Shown: positions 48,726 to 58,404 of the stretch, piece by piece
Position numbering within the stretch: the first letter of the stretch is position 1
Layout of the letters: each line of letters starts with the position of its first letter
Assembly (NCBI RefSeq): GCF_030523955.1
Contig: NZ_JAUNHL010000006.1
Location: 1,833-65,832, forward strand
Source: Neisseria sp.
GTDB lineage: Bacteria > Pseudomonadota > Gammaproteobacteria > Burkholderiales > Neisseriaceae
Length of the DNA stretch: 64,000 nt
Direction: 5' to 3'
The notes under the pieces: model-generated
Database searches by the model: none
The model's input: the letters and a program-made list of their open reading frames with translations, nothing else
What the model was told of the DNA's origin: nothing
Made by a program: the position numbers and the translations under genes

Positions 48726-50366
48726 ATGGAAAAACCATTATTCAAATTAACCGCCTTGGCGGCGCTTACTTTAGGCTTGGCCGCTTGCGGTGGTGAGAAG
48801 AAACAGGATGCGGCGGCAGGCAGCTCGGGAGGTTCCGGCGGCAGCGCTACTTTCGTTTATTGCTCGGAAGGCAGCCCAAGCGGCTTCGACCCCGGCCAAT
48901 ATACCGACGGCACAACCTTCGATGCGGCGGCGCATACGATTTATAACGGCTTGGTTCAATTCAAAATCGGCAGTACCGACATCGAACCGGGTTTGGCAGA
49001 AAAATGGGATGTTTCCGAAGACGGCAAAACCTATACTTTCCATTTGCGCAAAGGCGTGAAATTCCAAACTACCGATTCCTTCAAGCCTACCCGTGATTTT
49101 AATGCCGATGACGTGGTATTCACCTTCCAGCGGATGCTGAACAAAGATTTCGCCTATAACAAAGCTTATCCCTCCGAATTCCCCTATGCTTCCGATATGG
49201 GTTTGACCGAAGATGTGGCTTCCGTCGAAAAAGTGGACGACCATACCGTTAAATTCACCTTGAAGAAAGTGAATGCGCCGTTCGTACAAAACCTCGGCAT
49301 GCCGTTTGCTTATATTTTGTCCGCCGAATATGCCGGCCAGTTGGAAAAAGCAGGCAAACAGGCGGATATCAATACCAAACCGGTCGGTACCGGTCCGTTT
49401 ATGCTGAAGTCTTATCAGAAAGACCAACAAATCCGTTACGTGAAAAACCCCGATTATTGGAATAAAGATCAGGTGAAAATCGATAATCTGATTTTCGCCA
49501 TCACCAAAGATTCCGGCGTGCGCGCGCAGAAAGTGGAAGCCGGCGAGTGCAATTTGTCGCGTTACAACAAAGTGGCCGAAGTGGAAGCGGCTAAAAAATC
49601 AAGCAAAGTTGCCGTTGAATCGGCACAAGGTTACAACACCGGCTATCTGGCCTTTAACGTGAAAAAAGGCAAACTCGGCGATGCCAAAGTACGCGAGGCT
49701 TTGGATTTGGCGGTGGACAAAGATGCGATTTTGAAAGCGGTTTATGCAGGCGCCGGTGTGCGTGCGGCCGGTTTGCTGCCGCCCAGCCAGTGGGGCGTGG
49801 ATGCCGCGTTGAAGCCGTCGGCTTATGATCCTGAAAAAGCCAAAGCGCTGCTGAAAGAAGCGGGCGCCGAAAACCAAACGCTTGAATTGTGGTATATGCC
49901 GGTACAACGTCCTTACAACCCCAACGCCAAGCTGATGGCCGAGATGATTCAGGCCGATTGGGCAAAAGTGGGCGTGAACGCCAAGTTGGTTACTTATGAA
50001 TGGGGCGAATATTTGACCCGCGCCAAAAAAGGCGAGGCCGAAACCATGCTGATCGGCTGGACCGGCGATAACGGCGATCCGGATAACTGGTTCGGCAATC
50101 TGTTCAGCTGCCAGGCAGTCGGCGGCAGCAACTACGGCCAGTTCTGTAATGAAGCGTTCAATAAAGCCGTGGTTAGCGGGCGTGAAACGAACGACAAAGA
50201 GCAACGTACCGCTTATTACATGACCGCCCAAAAAGTGATGGCCGAGCAAAAACCGGCGATGATGATCGCCCACTCGGTTACCGACGCTCTGTTGAGCAAA
50301 AACGTAAAAGGCTATGTATTGGAGCCTTTGGGTTCGACGCGCTTCGAAGGCGTGAGCGTGGAATAA
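48726..50366 (+). CDS. dppA: Dipeptide/heme ABC transporter substrate-binding lipoprotein (SBP family 5)
   Basis: Lipobox LGLAAC, 546 aa, and head of the dppBCDF operon. Confidence 0.75.
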   Translation: MEKPLFKLTALAALTLGLAACGGEKKQDAAAGSSGGSGGSATFVYCSEGSPSGFDPGQYTDGTTFDAAAHTIYNGLVQFKIGSTDIEPGLAEKWDVSEDGKTYTFHLRKGVKFQTTDSFKPTRDFNADDVVFTFQRMLNKDFAYNKAYPSEFPYASDMGLTEDVASVEKVDDHTVKFTLKKVNAPFVQNLGMPFAYILSAEYAGQLEKAGKQADINTKPVGTGPFMLKSYQKDQQIRYVKNPDYWNKDQVKIDNLIFAITKDSGVRAQKVEAGECNLSRYNKVAEVEAAKKSSKVAVESAQGYNTGYLAFNVKKGKLGDAKVREALDLAVDKDAILKAVYAGAGVRAAGLLPPSQWGVDAALKPSAYDPEKAKALLKEAGAENQTLELWYMPVQRPYNPNAKLMAEMIQADWAKVGVNAKLVTYEWGEYLTRAKKGEAETMLIGWTGDNGDPDNWFGNLFSCQAVGGSNYGQFCNEAFNKAVVSGRETNDKEQRTAYYMTAQKVMAEQKPAMMIAHSVTDALLSKNVKGYVLEPLGSTRFEGVSVE

Positions 50367-50415
50367 ACCTCGGACGACACCGTTTGGCTGCTATGCGCAG
50401 GCAGACGGTGTTTTC

Positions 50416-50456
50416 TTTTCAGACAGGCATCCTGAACGAAATGCCTGTCTGAAAAG
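50416..50456. repeat. DUS inverted pair (ttttcagacaggcat ... atgcctgtctgaaaag) hairpin between dppA and dppB
   Basis: Inverted 14-mers with an 11-nt loop; a likely attenuator that sets the SBP:permease ratio. Confidence 0.65.
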
Positions 50457-50494
50457 AAAACGCAAACCCAATCATCATCTTAAGAGTTACGCCG

Positions 50495-51508
50495 ATGTTT
50501 CTTTATATTCTGCGACGAATTTTATTAATGGTGCCGATTTATATCGGTTTGACGATTTCTACTTTTACCCTGATACGGCTGGTGCCGGGCGATGTGGTTA
50601 CTGTAATGATGGGCGAGCGTTCGGTTGATCCGGCCGTACGCGAAGCCATGATGCAGCGCTTGGGTTTGGACAAACCGATTATCGTGCAGTATTGGGATTA
50701 TCTGATGAAGGTGCTCGGCGGTGATTTCGGCCAAACTTTCCGCACCCGCACGCCGGTATTGGAAGACTTTTTCCATCATTTCGTTCCCACGCTGGAGTTG
50801 GCCTTATGCGCTATGCTTATCGCCACGGTTGTCGGCGTGAGCTTAGGCATCATTGCCGCATTAAAGCGGGGTACTTGGCTCGACTACATTCTGATGAGCG
50901 GCGCGCTGGCCGGCTATTCGATGCCGATTTATCTGTTAGGCCCGATTCTTACCGGTATCTTTGCCCATTATCTCGGTTTGTTGCCGGTATCGGGGGTAAT
51001 CAATGTGATTAAGTATATTGATGTGGAACCGGTTTACGGATCATGGCTGTTGGGCGCCGCTTTGTCGGGCGTTCCGGGGGCTTTGTGGGATGTGGTTAAA
51101 CACTTTATTTTGCCCTCTATCGCGTTGTCCACCATTCCGTTGGCCATGATCGCCCGCATGACGCGCTCGGCTATGCTCGAAGTGTTGGGCGAAGATTATG
51201 TGCGTACCGCCAAAGCCAAAGGCCTCTCGCCTGCGCGGATTATTCTGGTGCATGTGTTGCGCAACACCATGATTACCGTGGTGACTGTGGTAGGCCTGCA
51301 AATGGCCACGCTGATGGCCGGTGCGATTCTCACCGAAACCATCTTCAGCTGGCCGGGTGTCGGTACTTGGCTGCTCGACGGTTTCTTCAGCCGCGATTAC
51401 CCGATTGTGCAAAACGGTATTTTGCTGGTGGCGACCGCGCTGATGTTTATCAGCCTGTTGGTCGATATTACTTACGGTTTGATTAACCCGCGCATCCGCC
51501 ACGCTTGA
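50495..51508 (+). CDS. dppB: Dipeptide ABC transporter permease
   Basis: Collinear with E. coli DppB over the whole length (ILRRILLMVPIYIGLT...NPRIRHA). Confidence 0.85.
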   Translation: MFLYILRRILLMVPIYIGLTISTFTLIRLVPGDVVTVMMGERSVDPAVREAMMQRLGLDKPIIVQYWDYLMKVLGGDFGQTFRTRTPVLEDFFHHFVPTLELALCAMLIATVVGVSLGIIAALKRGTWLDYILMSGALAGYSMPIYLLGPILTGIFAHYLGLLPVSGVINVIKYIDVEPVYGSWLLGAALSGVPGALWDVVKHFILPSIALSTIPLAMIARMTRSAMLEVLGEDYVRTAKAKGLSPARIILVHVLRNTMITVVTVVGLQMATLMAGAILTETIFSWPGVGTWLLDGFFSRDYPIVQNGILLVATALMFISLLVDITYGLINPRIRHA

Positions 51509-51532
51509 TACCTGTATTCCAAAGGATTTTTT

Positions 51533-52438
51533 ATGTCTGCACAAACCAATCATTCCGTTGCCGCCGCCGTGACGCCGCCCTCCGAATGGCAGCAATTTGT
51601 TAGCGCATTCCTCAAAAACCGCGGAGCGACCGTCGGCCTGCTGGTGTTGGCGTTAATGGTATTGGCTTCCATTTTTGCTCCGCTGATCGCGCCTTATGAT
51701 CCGAATATCCTGCATGCCGGCAAAGAACAGTTGCCGCCCATTTTGTTTGGCGGCACATCCGAATTTATTTTCGGTACCGACGATGCGGGGCGCGATACTT
51801 TGTCGCGTATTTTGTACGGCAGCCGTTATTCCTTGCTGATCGGCCTGGCGGCTACCCTGATTGCGATGTTGGTAGGGGTTACCTTGGGCATGATTGCCGC
51901 TTTTTGGCCGCGAACGATTGGTAAAATCATCATGTTGGGCAACGATATTTTGATGTCCTACCCCGGCCTGCTGCTGGCAATCATCATCGCCGCGATTCTC
52001 GGCCCCTCGATGACCAACACCGTGCTGGCGATTTCGCTGGTGTGTATGCCGCCGTTTATCCGCATCACCCGCGCCACCGCGCTGGTGGAATTGCAAAAAG
52101 ACTACGTTACCGCCGCCCGTGTGATGGGCGCCGGCCTGCCGCGCCTGATGCTGATTACCGTGCTGCCCAACTGCATGGGGCCGCTGATTGTGCAGGCCAC
52201 CATGATTTTTTCCACCGCCATTCTCGAAGCGGGCGCCATCGGCTTTTTGGGCTTGGGCGTGCAGCCGCCTTCCGCCGAATGGGGCGCGATGCTGGGCAAT
52301 GCGCGGCAATATATCCAAAGCAACGTGTGGATGGCCGTGTTCCCCGGTTTGGCGATTTTTATCGCCGCCTTGTCGATTAACCTTACGGGCGACGGCCTGC
52401 GCGACGCGCTCGACCCGAAACTGAAGCAGGTGTCGTGA
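51533..52438 (+). CDS. dppC: Dipeptide ABC transporter permease
   Basis: Collinear with E. coli DppC (...[17 protein letters not shown]...[14 protein letters not shown]). Confidence 0.85.
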   Translation: MSAQTNHSVAAAVTPPSEWQQFVSAFLKNRGATVGLLVLALMVLASIFAPLIAPYDPNILHAGKEQLPPILFGGTSEFIFGTDDAGRDTLSRILYGSRYSLLIGLAATLIAMLVGVTLGMIAAFWPRTIGKIIMLGNDILMSYPGLLLAIIIAAILGPSMTNTVLAISLVCMPPFIRITRATALVELQKDYVTAARVMGAGLPRLMLITVLPNCMGPLIVQATMIFSTAILEAGAIGFLGLGVQPPSAEWGAMLGNARQYIQSNVWMAVFPGLAIFIAALSINLTGDGLRDALDPKLKQVS

Positions 52439-53433
52439 TGGAAGCGAAACAACCTTTATTAACCATCGAAAACCTGCAAGTGGTTTTCGGGCAGGGCACG
52501 CGCGCTTTTCGCGCGGTCGATTCAGTGAGCCTCGAAGTATCGTCGGGCGAAGTGCTGGCGGTGGTGGGCGAATCCGGCTCGGGCAAATCGGTGTCGATGA
52601 TGGCGCTGATGGGTTTGTTGCCCAATACCGCCGCCATCCGGGCCGATAAAATGCTGTTCGACGGCAAAGACATGCTGAAACTTTCTGCCAAAGAAAAGCG
52701 CAAGATCATCGGCAAAGATATTTCAATGATTTTCCAAGACGCGATGACCAGCCTCAACCCGAGCTTCACCATCGAAATGCAGATTACCGAAGTGCTCAAG
52801 GCGCATTTGGGGCTGAAAGGCGCGGCGGCCAAGGCGCGGGCGGTCGAGCTGCTCGAGTTGGTAGAAATTCCCGATGCCAAAGGCCGTCTGAAAGCCTATC
52901 CGCACCAATTGTCGGGCGGTATGAGCCAGCGCGTGATGATTGCGATGGCGCTGGCCTGCGAGCCGAAACTGTTGATTGCCGACGAGCCGACCACCGCGCT
53001 TGACGTAACCGTACAGGCGCAAATCATGGATCTGCTCCACCGCCTGCAACAAGAGCGCAAGATGGCGATGATTCTGATTACCCACGATTTGGGCTTGGTG
53101 GCGCAACACGCCGAGCATGTAGCGGTGATGTATGCCGGCCAAGTGGTCGAGCAAAGCAGCGTGCCGCATATATTCGACACACCCGCCCATCCTTACACCG
53201 AAGCCTTATTGCAATCCATTCCCGAGTTTTCACACGGAAAAGGCCGTCTGAAATCGCTGCCCGGCGTGGTGCCCAGCCAATACGACCGCCCGGCCGGCTG
53301 CCTGCTCTCGCCACGCTGCCCTTATGCCCGCGAAGCCTGCCAAACCCCGCCGCCCGTGTTAAACAGCCGCTACGGTAAAGTACGCTGCATCAGCAGCAGC
53401 CTAACCGAACTGCAAGCCAAGGGAGCCGCCTGA
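52435..53433 (+). CDS. dppD: Dipeptide ABC transporter ATP-binding protein
   Basis: Walker A GESGSGKS and signature LSGGMSQRV. It contains two canonical-dialect DUS copies (aaggccgtctgaaa) in-frame. Confidence 0.85.
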   Translation: MMEAKQPLLTIENLQVVFGQGTRAFRAVDSVSLEVSSGEVLAVVGESGSGKSVSMMALMGLLPNTAAIRADKMLFDGKDMLKLSAKEKRKIIGKDISMIFQDAMTSLNPSFTIEMQITEVLKAHLGLKGAAAKARAVELLELVEIPDAKGRLKAYPHQLSGGMSQRVMIAMALACEPKLLIADEPTTALDVTVQAQIMDLLHRLQQERKMAMILITHDLGLVAQHAEHVAVMYAGQVVEQSSVPHIFDTPAHPYTEALLQSIPEFSHGKGRLKSLPGVVPSQYDRPAGCLLSPRCPYAREACQTPPPVLNSRYGKVRCISSSLTELQAKGAA

Positions 53434-54422
53434 TGAGTGAAGTAAAAACCGTTGAAGCAAAAACCGTTTTGGAAGCCCACGATTTAGCCCGCCACTATCC
53501 GGTCGGCGGCGGCTTGGGCAAAGAGAAAAAAGTGGTGAAAGCCCTAAACGGCGTATCGTTCGAGCTTCAGGCAGGCAAAACGCTGGCGGTGGTGGGCGAA
53601 TCCGGCTGCGGCAAATCCACGCTGGCTCGCCAGCTCACCCTGATTGAAACGCCCACTTCCGGCAGCCTGGCCATCAACGGCACCGAAACCGCCAAATTGG
53701 GTTCAGGCCGTCTGAAAGCAATGCGCACCGAAATCCAAATGGTGTTTCAAAACCCGTATGCCAGCCTGAATCCGCGCCAAACCATCGCCTTCCAACTGAT
53801 GGAACCGCTTGCCATCCACACCAAACTGAGCAAAAAAGAGCGTTACGAGCGGGCGGTGGAAATGATGAAAACCGTCGGCCTGCGACCCGAGCATTCCTCG
53901 CGCTATCCGCATATGTTTTCAGGCGGCCAGCGCCAGCGCATCGCCCTTGCCCGCGCCATGATGCTCAACCCCAAAATCGTGGTGGCCGACGAGCCGACTT
54001 CCGCGCTCGACGTTTCCATTCAGGCGCAGGTGCTCAACCTGTTTATGGATTTGCAGGAGCAATACGGCACGGCTTATGTGTTTATCTCGCATAATTTATC
54101 GGTGGTCGAGCATGTGGCCGACGACATCATGGTGATGTATCTCGGCCGCGTGGTGGAACACGGCAACAGCGAAACCGTATTCGCCAAGCCGTTGCACCCC
54201 TATACCCAGGCGCTGCTTTCCGCCGCACCGAGCTTGAAAGAGCAGAAAGTGCAGCTCAAACTCGCCGGCGAACTGCCCAGCCCGCTCAATCCGCCTAGCG
54301 GCTGCGCCCTACACCAGCGCTGCCCGCACGCCCAAGCTCGCTGCGCGCAGGAAGTGCCCGAACTGCGCGAATGGCAGGGGCGCAAAGTGGCCTGTTTGCG
54401 GCTGGAAGAGATCGCTGTGTAA
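53433..54422 (+). CDS. dppF: Dipeptide ABC transporter ATP-binding protein
   Basis: Walker A GESGCGKST and signature FSGGQRQRIALAR. It contains one canonical DUS copy. Confidence 0.85.
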   Translation: MSEVKTVEAKTVLEAHDLARHYPVGGGLGKEKKVVKALNGVSFELQAGKTLAVVGESGCGKSTLARQLTLIETPTSGSLAINGTETAKLGSGRLKAMRTEIQMVFQNPYASLNPRQTIAFQLMEPLAIHTKLSKKERYERAVEMMKTVGLRPEHSSRYPHMFSGGQRQRIALARAMMLNPKIVVADEPTSALDVSIQAQVLNLFMDLQEQYGTAYVFISHNLSVVEHVADDIMVMYLGRVVEHGNSETVFAKPLHPYTQALLSAAPSLKEQKVQLKLAGELPSPLNPPSGCALHQRCPHAQARCAQEVPELREWQGRKVACLRLEEIAV

Positions 54423-54621
54423 AACTGTTGTAATAAATCGATAAAAGGTAAAAATCACCGATAAATGGCTTGATAATTTTTTGAAATTGTTTCATACTAA
54501 ACTAAACGCCAAGCAGAAAACGGCGTATATATAAAAGGGGTGGAGAACCGGAAACATCACGGTATTCTCCCAATTACAACAAGGCAAAGACCTTGTACAA
54601 ACACTTATGGGACTAAATAAA

Positions 54622-54768
54622 ATGATCGAAAAATTCATGCCAATCTTCGCCGTTATCGGCGTTATCTCTTTCTCTGCTTATCTCGCTTTATTCGTTTATG
54701 TAGGCTGCAAGAAGTTCGGTATCGAACGTTTCCTGCCGAAACACAACGGTGCTCCTGAAGCGCAATAA
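54622..54768 (+). CDS. Putative unannotated 48-aa single-TM small protein
   Basis: ATG...TAA reads MIEKFMPIFAVIGVISFSAYLALFVYVGCKKFGIERFLPKHNGAPEAQ. Codon usage (gtt, ggt, gct, cgt, atc, ttc) matches highly expressed genes in this window such as trxA. It is shorter than the ORF-track cutoff. Confidence 0.4.
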   Translation: MIEKFMPIFAVIGVISFSAYLALFVYVGCKKFGIERFLPKHNGAPEAQ

Positions 54769-54847
54769 GCCGTACCTTATACTTACTTAAATAGATAGAG
54801 GCAGCCGCTCCGAATCACCGTATTCCGAGCGGTTTTTGTTTGTCAAA

Positions 54848-54879
54848 ATGCCTGTCTGAAAACTTTTTCAGACAGGCAT
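54848..54879. repeat. DUS inverted pair hairpin
   Basis: atgcctgtctgaaaa c tttttcagacaggcat. Confidence 0.7.
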
Positions 54880-54897
54880 TGTTGATAGAAGCGGAGC

Positions 54898-55719
54898 CTA
54901 TTTCAATTTATCTCTTAGTTTTTTCAACTCCCTCCAAGCATCGGCCTTGAGCTGTGGCTGGCGCAGTAATTGGGCGGGATGGGGAACATAAAATACCGGT
55001 AAGTGTCCGGCCAAGCTTTCAACCAGCGGCTTGCGCCCGTCGGCGGCAAAGAAGCGACCAAGCAGGAGCAGCGCTTGCGGCCGGCTTAAGGCGCATTCGG
55101 CTTGCATACGCGGCAGGGCGCGTTCAATGATTTCCGCCGGCGGCTCGGCTTCGTAAGTCGGCATCTCCAGCCAACTGGTTTTGTGGACATCCGCGGCGGC
55201 CAGCCCGATGGCGGCCAGCATGTTGTCGAGCAGTTGGCCGGTAGCGCCGCTAAACAGTTTGCCGGCAACTTTGTCTTGCGGAGAAGGGCAAATGCTTACG
55301 ACCATCAGTTTGGCCGGGGCAATGCGCCCGGCAAGCGTTTCGAGGTAATAGGCGATATCGTGTGCCGGAGGGAGCGGCTCATTAGTGGTTTTTGCGGCCG
55401 GTTGGTTTTCCTGGCTTTTGTCTTCGGCCGCACCAATGTGGCTGCCGACTGCGGCCAAGGCGGCGGCGCGGGCGTTGTTGACAGGAGCGGCTGCGGTACG
55501 CACGGCTGCGGGTGTGTTTTGTGCAGCAGGGGTGGCTTGTTCACGGTGTTCGGCTGTTGCTTGCGGCGCATGCGGCGGTTCGGCAGCAGGTATCGGGGCT
55601 GATACGGTATCAACGGTGCGGGCGGCAGGCGGAGTGGCGAGCACTTTGGCATCGCGCTTCAACCACATCGGGCCGAGGCCGAGGGCTTCGTGCAGATAAA
55701 GATAGCGGCTGCTTAACAT
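54898..55719 (-). CDS. Uracil-DNA glycosylase superfamily protein (family 4-like) with a Pro/Ala-rich N-terminal extension
   Basis: The C-terminal domain ...LMVVSICPSPQDKVAGKLFSGATGQLLDNML...VFYVPHPAQLL.. follows the UDG-like PF03167 pattern. The tsaB-rimI-udg synteny is common. Confidence 0.6.
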   Translation of the reverse strand: MLSSRYLYLHEALGLGPMWLKRDAKVLATPPAARTVDTVSAPIPAAEPPHAPQATAEHREQATPAAQNTPAAVRTAAAPVNNARAAALAAVGSHIGAAEDKSQENQPAAKTTNEPLPPAHDIAYYLETLAGRIAPAKLMVVSICPSPQDKVAGKLFSGATGQLLDNMLAAIGLAAADVHKTSWLEMPTYEAEPPAEIIERALPRMQAECALSRPQALLLLGRFFAADGRKPLVESLAGHLPVFYVPHPAQLLRQPQLKADAWRELKKLRDKLK

Positions 55720-56177
55720 AATTTCTCCATGATAACAGCGTCTTCACGCCCGTTTTCGCTACGGTAATAAGCGGGACGCCGCCCGCTTTCGTGAAAGCCG
55801 TAGCGGCGGTAGAGCGTTTGTGCCGCTTGATTGCCGGCACGAACTTCCAGCATCAGCCGTTGTACGCCGCTTTCTTGGCTTTGTTGCAGCCAGAGCGACA
55901 TAAGGGAAGCGGCAATGCCTTGGCGGCGGGCGGCGGGAGCGGTGGCAATCAGGTGCAGCTCGCTTTCTTCAAACAGTTGTTGCCAGATAATGAATCCGCA
56001 AATTCCGGATATAGCTTCGGCCAGATAAACGGCCGTATGTTTTTCCGCCAGTGCCGAGGCAAACTGTTCTGCCGACCAAGGCGAGGGGTTGCAAACCGAA
56101 TCGATAGCGGCCAGCGCAGGGCAATCGGCGGCAGAAGCGGGGCGGATGTGAACGGGCGGCATAGCGGGTTTTCTCAC
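55713..56177 (-). CDS. rimI: Ribosomal-protein-alanine N-acetyltransferase (GNAT)
   Basis: 154 aa with the GNAT motif RRQGIAASLM; it overlaps the tsaB stop (ATGA). Confidence 0.8.
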   Translation of the reverse strand: MRKPAMPPVHIRPASAADCPALAAIDSVCNPSPWSAEQFASALAEKHTAVYLAEAISGICGFIIWQQLFEESELHLIATAPAARRQGIAASLMSLWLQQSQESGVQRLMLEVRAGNQAAQTLYRRYGFHESGRRPAYYRSENGREDAVIMEKLC

Positions 56178-56854
56178 AAGGCGGAATTTTGTTTGCGTTC
56201 GGCTTGCTCGCGGGCGGTAAGCGCGATTTTGTCGCGAACGTATAACAGAGCAGCCTCATCGGCTCGGATAGCCGGATAACGGCCACTTTGCGCCAGAACC
56301 AGGTAATCGGCGGCGGTAGGCATATCGGTTCGGCCGGCAAACGGCGGCGGCTCGGCCAGAGCAAAGGCATTGCCTATGCCTTGCGACTGCTTGGCTGCTG
56401 CGGGCGGTTCGATGGCAGCTGCTGCGCCGACTTGGGCATCGCTGAGCCGCCGGTGGTTAACGGTGTCGAACCAAGCATAAAACACCTCGCCCATGCGTGC
56501 ATCGGTAGCGGCCAGCACGCAATCGGCCTGTATTTGGAAGGCGACAGCATCGAGGCAGGGGATGCCGATCAGCGGGGTATCGAACGGCGCGGCCAAACCT
56601 TGTGCGACGCCGATGCCGATGCGCAGGCCGGTAAAGGCACCGGGGCCTTGGGCGTAAACAATGGCGGCCAAATCGGCGGCACCGATGCCTGCCTCGGCAA
56701 ACAGCTCTTGAATCTGCGGCAAAATCCATTCGGATTGGCGGTTACCCGCTTCCAGATGGCGGCTGAATATTTGATTGCCTGCCGACAGTGCCAGCGAAAG
56801 ATGGCTGGTACTGGTGTCGATCGCAAGCAAGGGGCGGGTGAAATCGATTTGCAT
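56174..56854 (-). CDS. tsaB: tRNA threonylcarbamoyladenosine biosynthesis protein TsaB
   Basis: 226 aa from MQIDFTRPLLAIDTSTSHLSLAL; YeaZ family. The ORF-track 5' extension translates a DUS. Confidence 0.8.
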   Translation of the reverse strand: MQIDFTRPLLAIDTSTSHLSLALSAGNQIFSRHLEAGNRQSEWILPQIQELFAEAGIGAADLAAIVYAQGPGAFTGLRIGIGVAQGLAAPFDTPLIGIPCLDAVAFQIQADCVLAATDARMGEVFYAWFDTVNHRRLSDAQVGAAAAIEPPAAAKQSQGIGNAFALAEPPPFAGRTDMPTAADYLVLAQSGRYPAIRADEAALLYVRDKIALTAREQAERKQNSAL

Positions 56855-56948
56855 GGTGTATTTTTTCAGACAGGCATCAGGCTTGTGTGGTTCGGTAAAT
56901 TGTTCGGTAAATAATGATGCGGCGCATAAACGGTTTTTCAGACAGGCA

Positions 56949-57443
56949 TTACTCAGTAGCCGGTACTTTGGGCGGGCGGAAACTCGGTTTGAGGCGCACA
57001 TAAATCACCCGCTTGGCAATGGCGACGGTTTCGCCGCTTTTATCGAAAATACGTACTTCAAATTCGGGGAAAAACTTTTCGCCCTCTTTGGTGCGTTCCT
57101 GGATTTCCGCCAGTTGTTCGCTGCTGATATGGCACTCGATATACACTTCGCCGCGGCCGGGCTTGATGAAATCAATGTGCGAGGATTTGTCCCACACATA
57201 ATATTTCTTACTCATCAAGCCGTTGAGCATCAGCGAATAGGCCGCATCGGTCATCGCAAACAGGCTGCCACCGAATTGGGCGCCGTGCAAATTGCGGGTG
57301 AGCGGCCAGTTGCGCAAGCGCGCTTTCATATAGCGGTAGTCTTCCGACATTTCCATAATTTGGATGCCGCTAAACAGCAGCGGCGGCCATAAATTCATCA
57401 CGCGGCGCAAGCCGTTGGCGGTACGGCAGAATCTTCTTAACAT
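56949..57443 (-). CDS. Hotdog-fold protein, DUF4442/YiiD_C-like putative thioesterase
   Basis: About 150-164 aa; the precise start is uncertain. It lies 10 bp downstream of ygfZ. Confidence 0.45.
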   Translation of the reverse strand: MLRRFCRTANGLRRVMNLWPPLLFSGIQIMEMSEDYRYMKARLRNWPLTRNLHGAQFGGSLFAMTDAAYSLMLNGLMSKKYYVWDKSSHIDFIKPGRGEVYIECHISSEQLAEIQERTKEGEKFFPEFEVRIFDKSGETVAIAKRVIYVRLKPSFRPPKVPATE

Positions 57444-57452
57444 GGTGGCGGC

Positions 57453-58322
57453 TTATTCGGTTGGTGTGTTGTCGGCTTCGAAAAATAGCGTTTGCACGGT
57501 AAGCGGGTTGCCTTCGTTATCACTCAATTCGGCGCGGGCGACTGCGTGTTTGATGACAGCCAAACACAGGCTGCCGTTTTCCGCCGGCACACTGTTGATG
57601 ATGATGCCGGCCTCTTCGCCGTTATGGCGCAGCGAGACGCCGGCAGCTTCGAGACTTTGGGCGGCCAGCACGGCCAGCCCTCTTTTCACTTGGCCGCGAT
57701 ATTGCGCACGGGCGATGATTTCCTGGCCGGGATAACAACCCTTTTTGAAATGTACACCGCCGATGGTGTGCTGGTTGAGCATTTGGGCAACGGCGGTTTC
57801 GCGGGTGGCTTCGGCAATCCAAGAGTAGCCGCTCTCGATTTCGTGGCGCTGCCAAGTATATTCGGCGGCGGCATCGTAAACGGGCAACAAGCTTTTTTCG
57901 CCAACCAGCAACACGCCGCCGTGCGGCAGTTCGACACGGCAGATATGGTCGTGTTGTGCAGCGGCGAAACTCAGCTTCGGCTCGGTCGGCGGTTGCGGCG
58001 GCAGATTATCGGCCAGTTCGCCGGCGGCGCCGAAATCGGGCAGGGGTTCGAACACTGCTTTGGCGCGCAACACAAACATCCGCAGCCGTTTGACGGTACT
58101 TTCCAATAAATCGTTTGCCATAACCAGCAGCAAATCTTCGCCACGGTTGATGACGAGCATATTGGCGATAACGCGGCCTTTGGGCGTGTTGTAAGTAGCA
58201 TAACAGGCTTGGCCGGCCGCCAGCGCTTCGATGTGGTTAGAAAGCTGGTTGTGCAAAAATACAGTACGGTCGTCGCCGCTGACGCGTACGACGCCGAAGA
58301 AAGGAAGCAGACTGGATTTCAT
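57453..58322 (-). CDS. ygfZ: Folate-dependent Fe-S cluster repair/tRNA modification protein YgfZ
   Basis: 289 aa with the signature KGCYPGQE motif. Confidence 0.8.
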   Translation of the reverse strand: MKSSLLPFFGVVRVSGDDRTVFLHNQLSNHIEALAAGQACYATYNTPKGRVIANMLVINRGEDLLLVMANDLLESTVKRLRMFVLRAKAVFEPLPDFGAAGELADNLPPQPPTEPKLSFAAAQHDHICRVELPHGGVLLVGEKSLLPVYDAAAEYTWQRHEIESGYSWIAEATRETAVAQMLNQHTIGGVHFKKGCYPGQEIIARAQYRGQVKRGLAVLAAQSLEAAGVSLRHNGEEAGIIINSVPAENGSLCLAVIKHAVARAELSDNEGNPLTVQTLFFEADNTPTE

Positions 58323-58404
58323 GTGGGTATCCGTGTGTGATTTATCGTATTCGGTTTTTAGAATGGGTGGCAGGCACGGATTTTCAATGCCTGTCTGAAA
58401 ACAA

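Noticed and set aside
48771-49430. 219-aa ORF antisense to dppA, and similar antisense ORFs across dppBCDF, ppk, copA and yejF
   Set aside because: These are shadow ORFs on the strand opposite to strongly supported genes.
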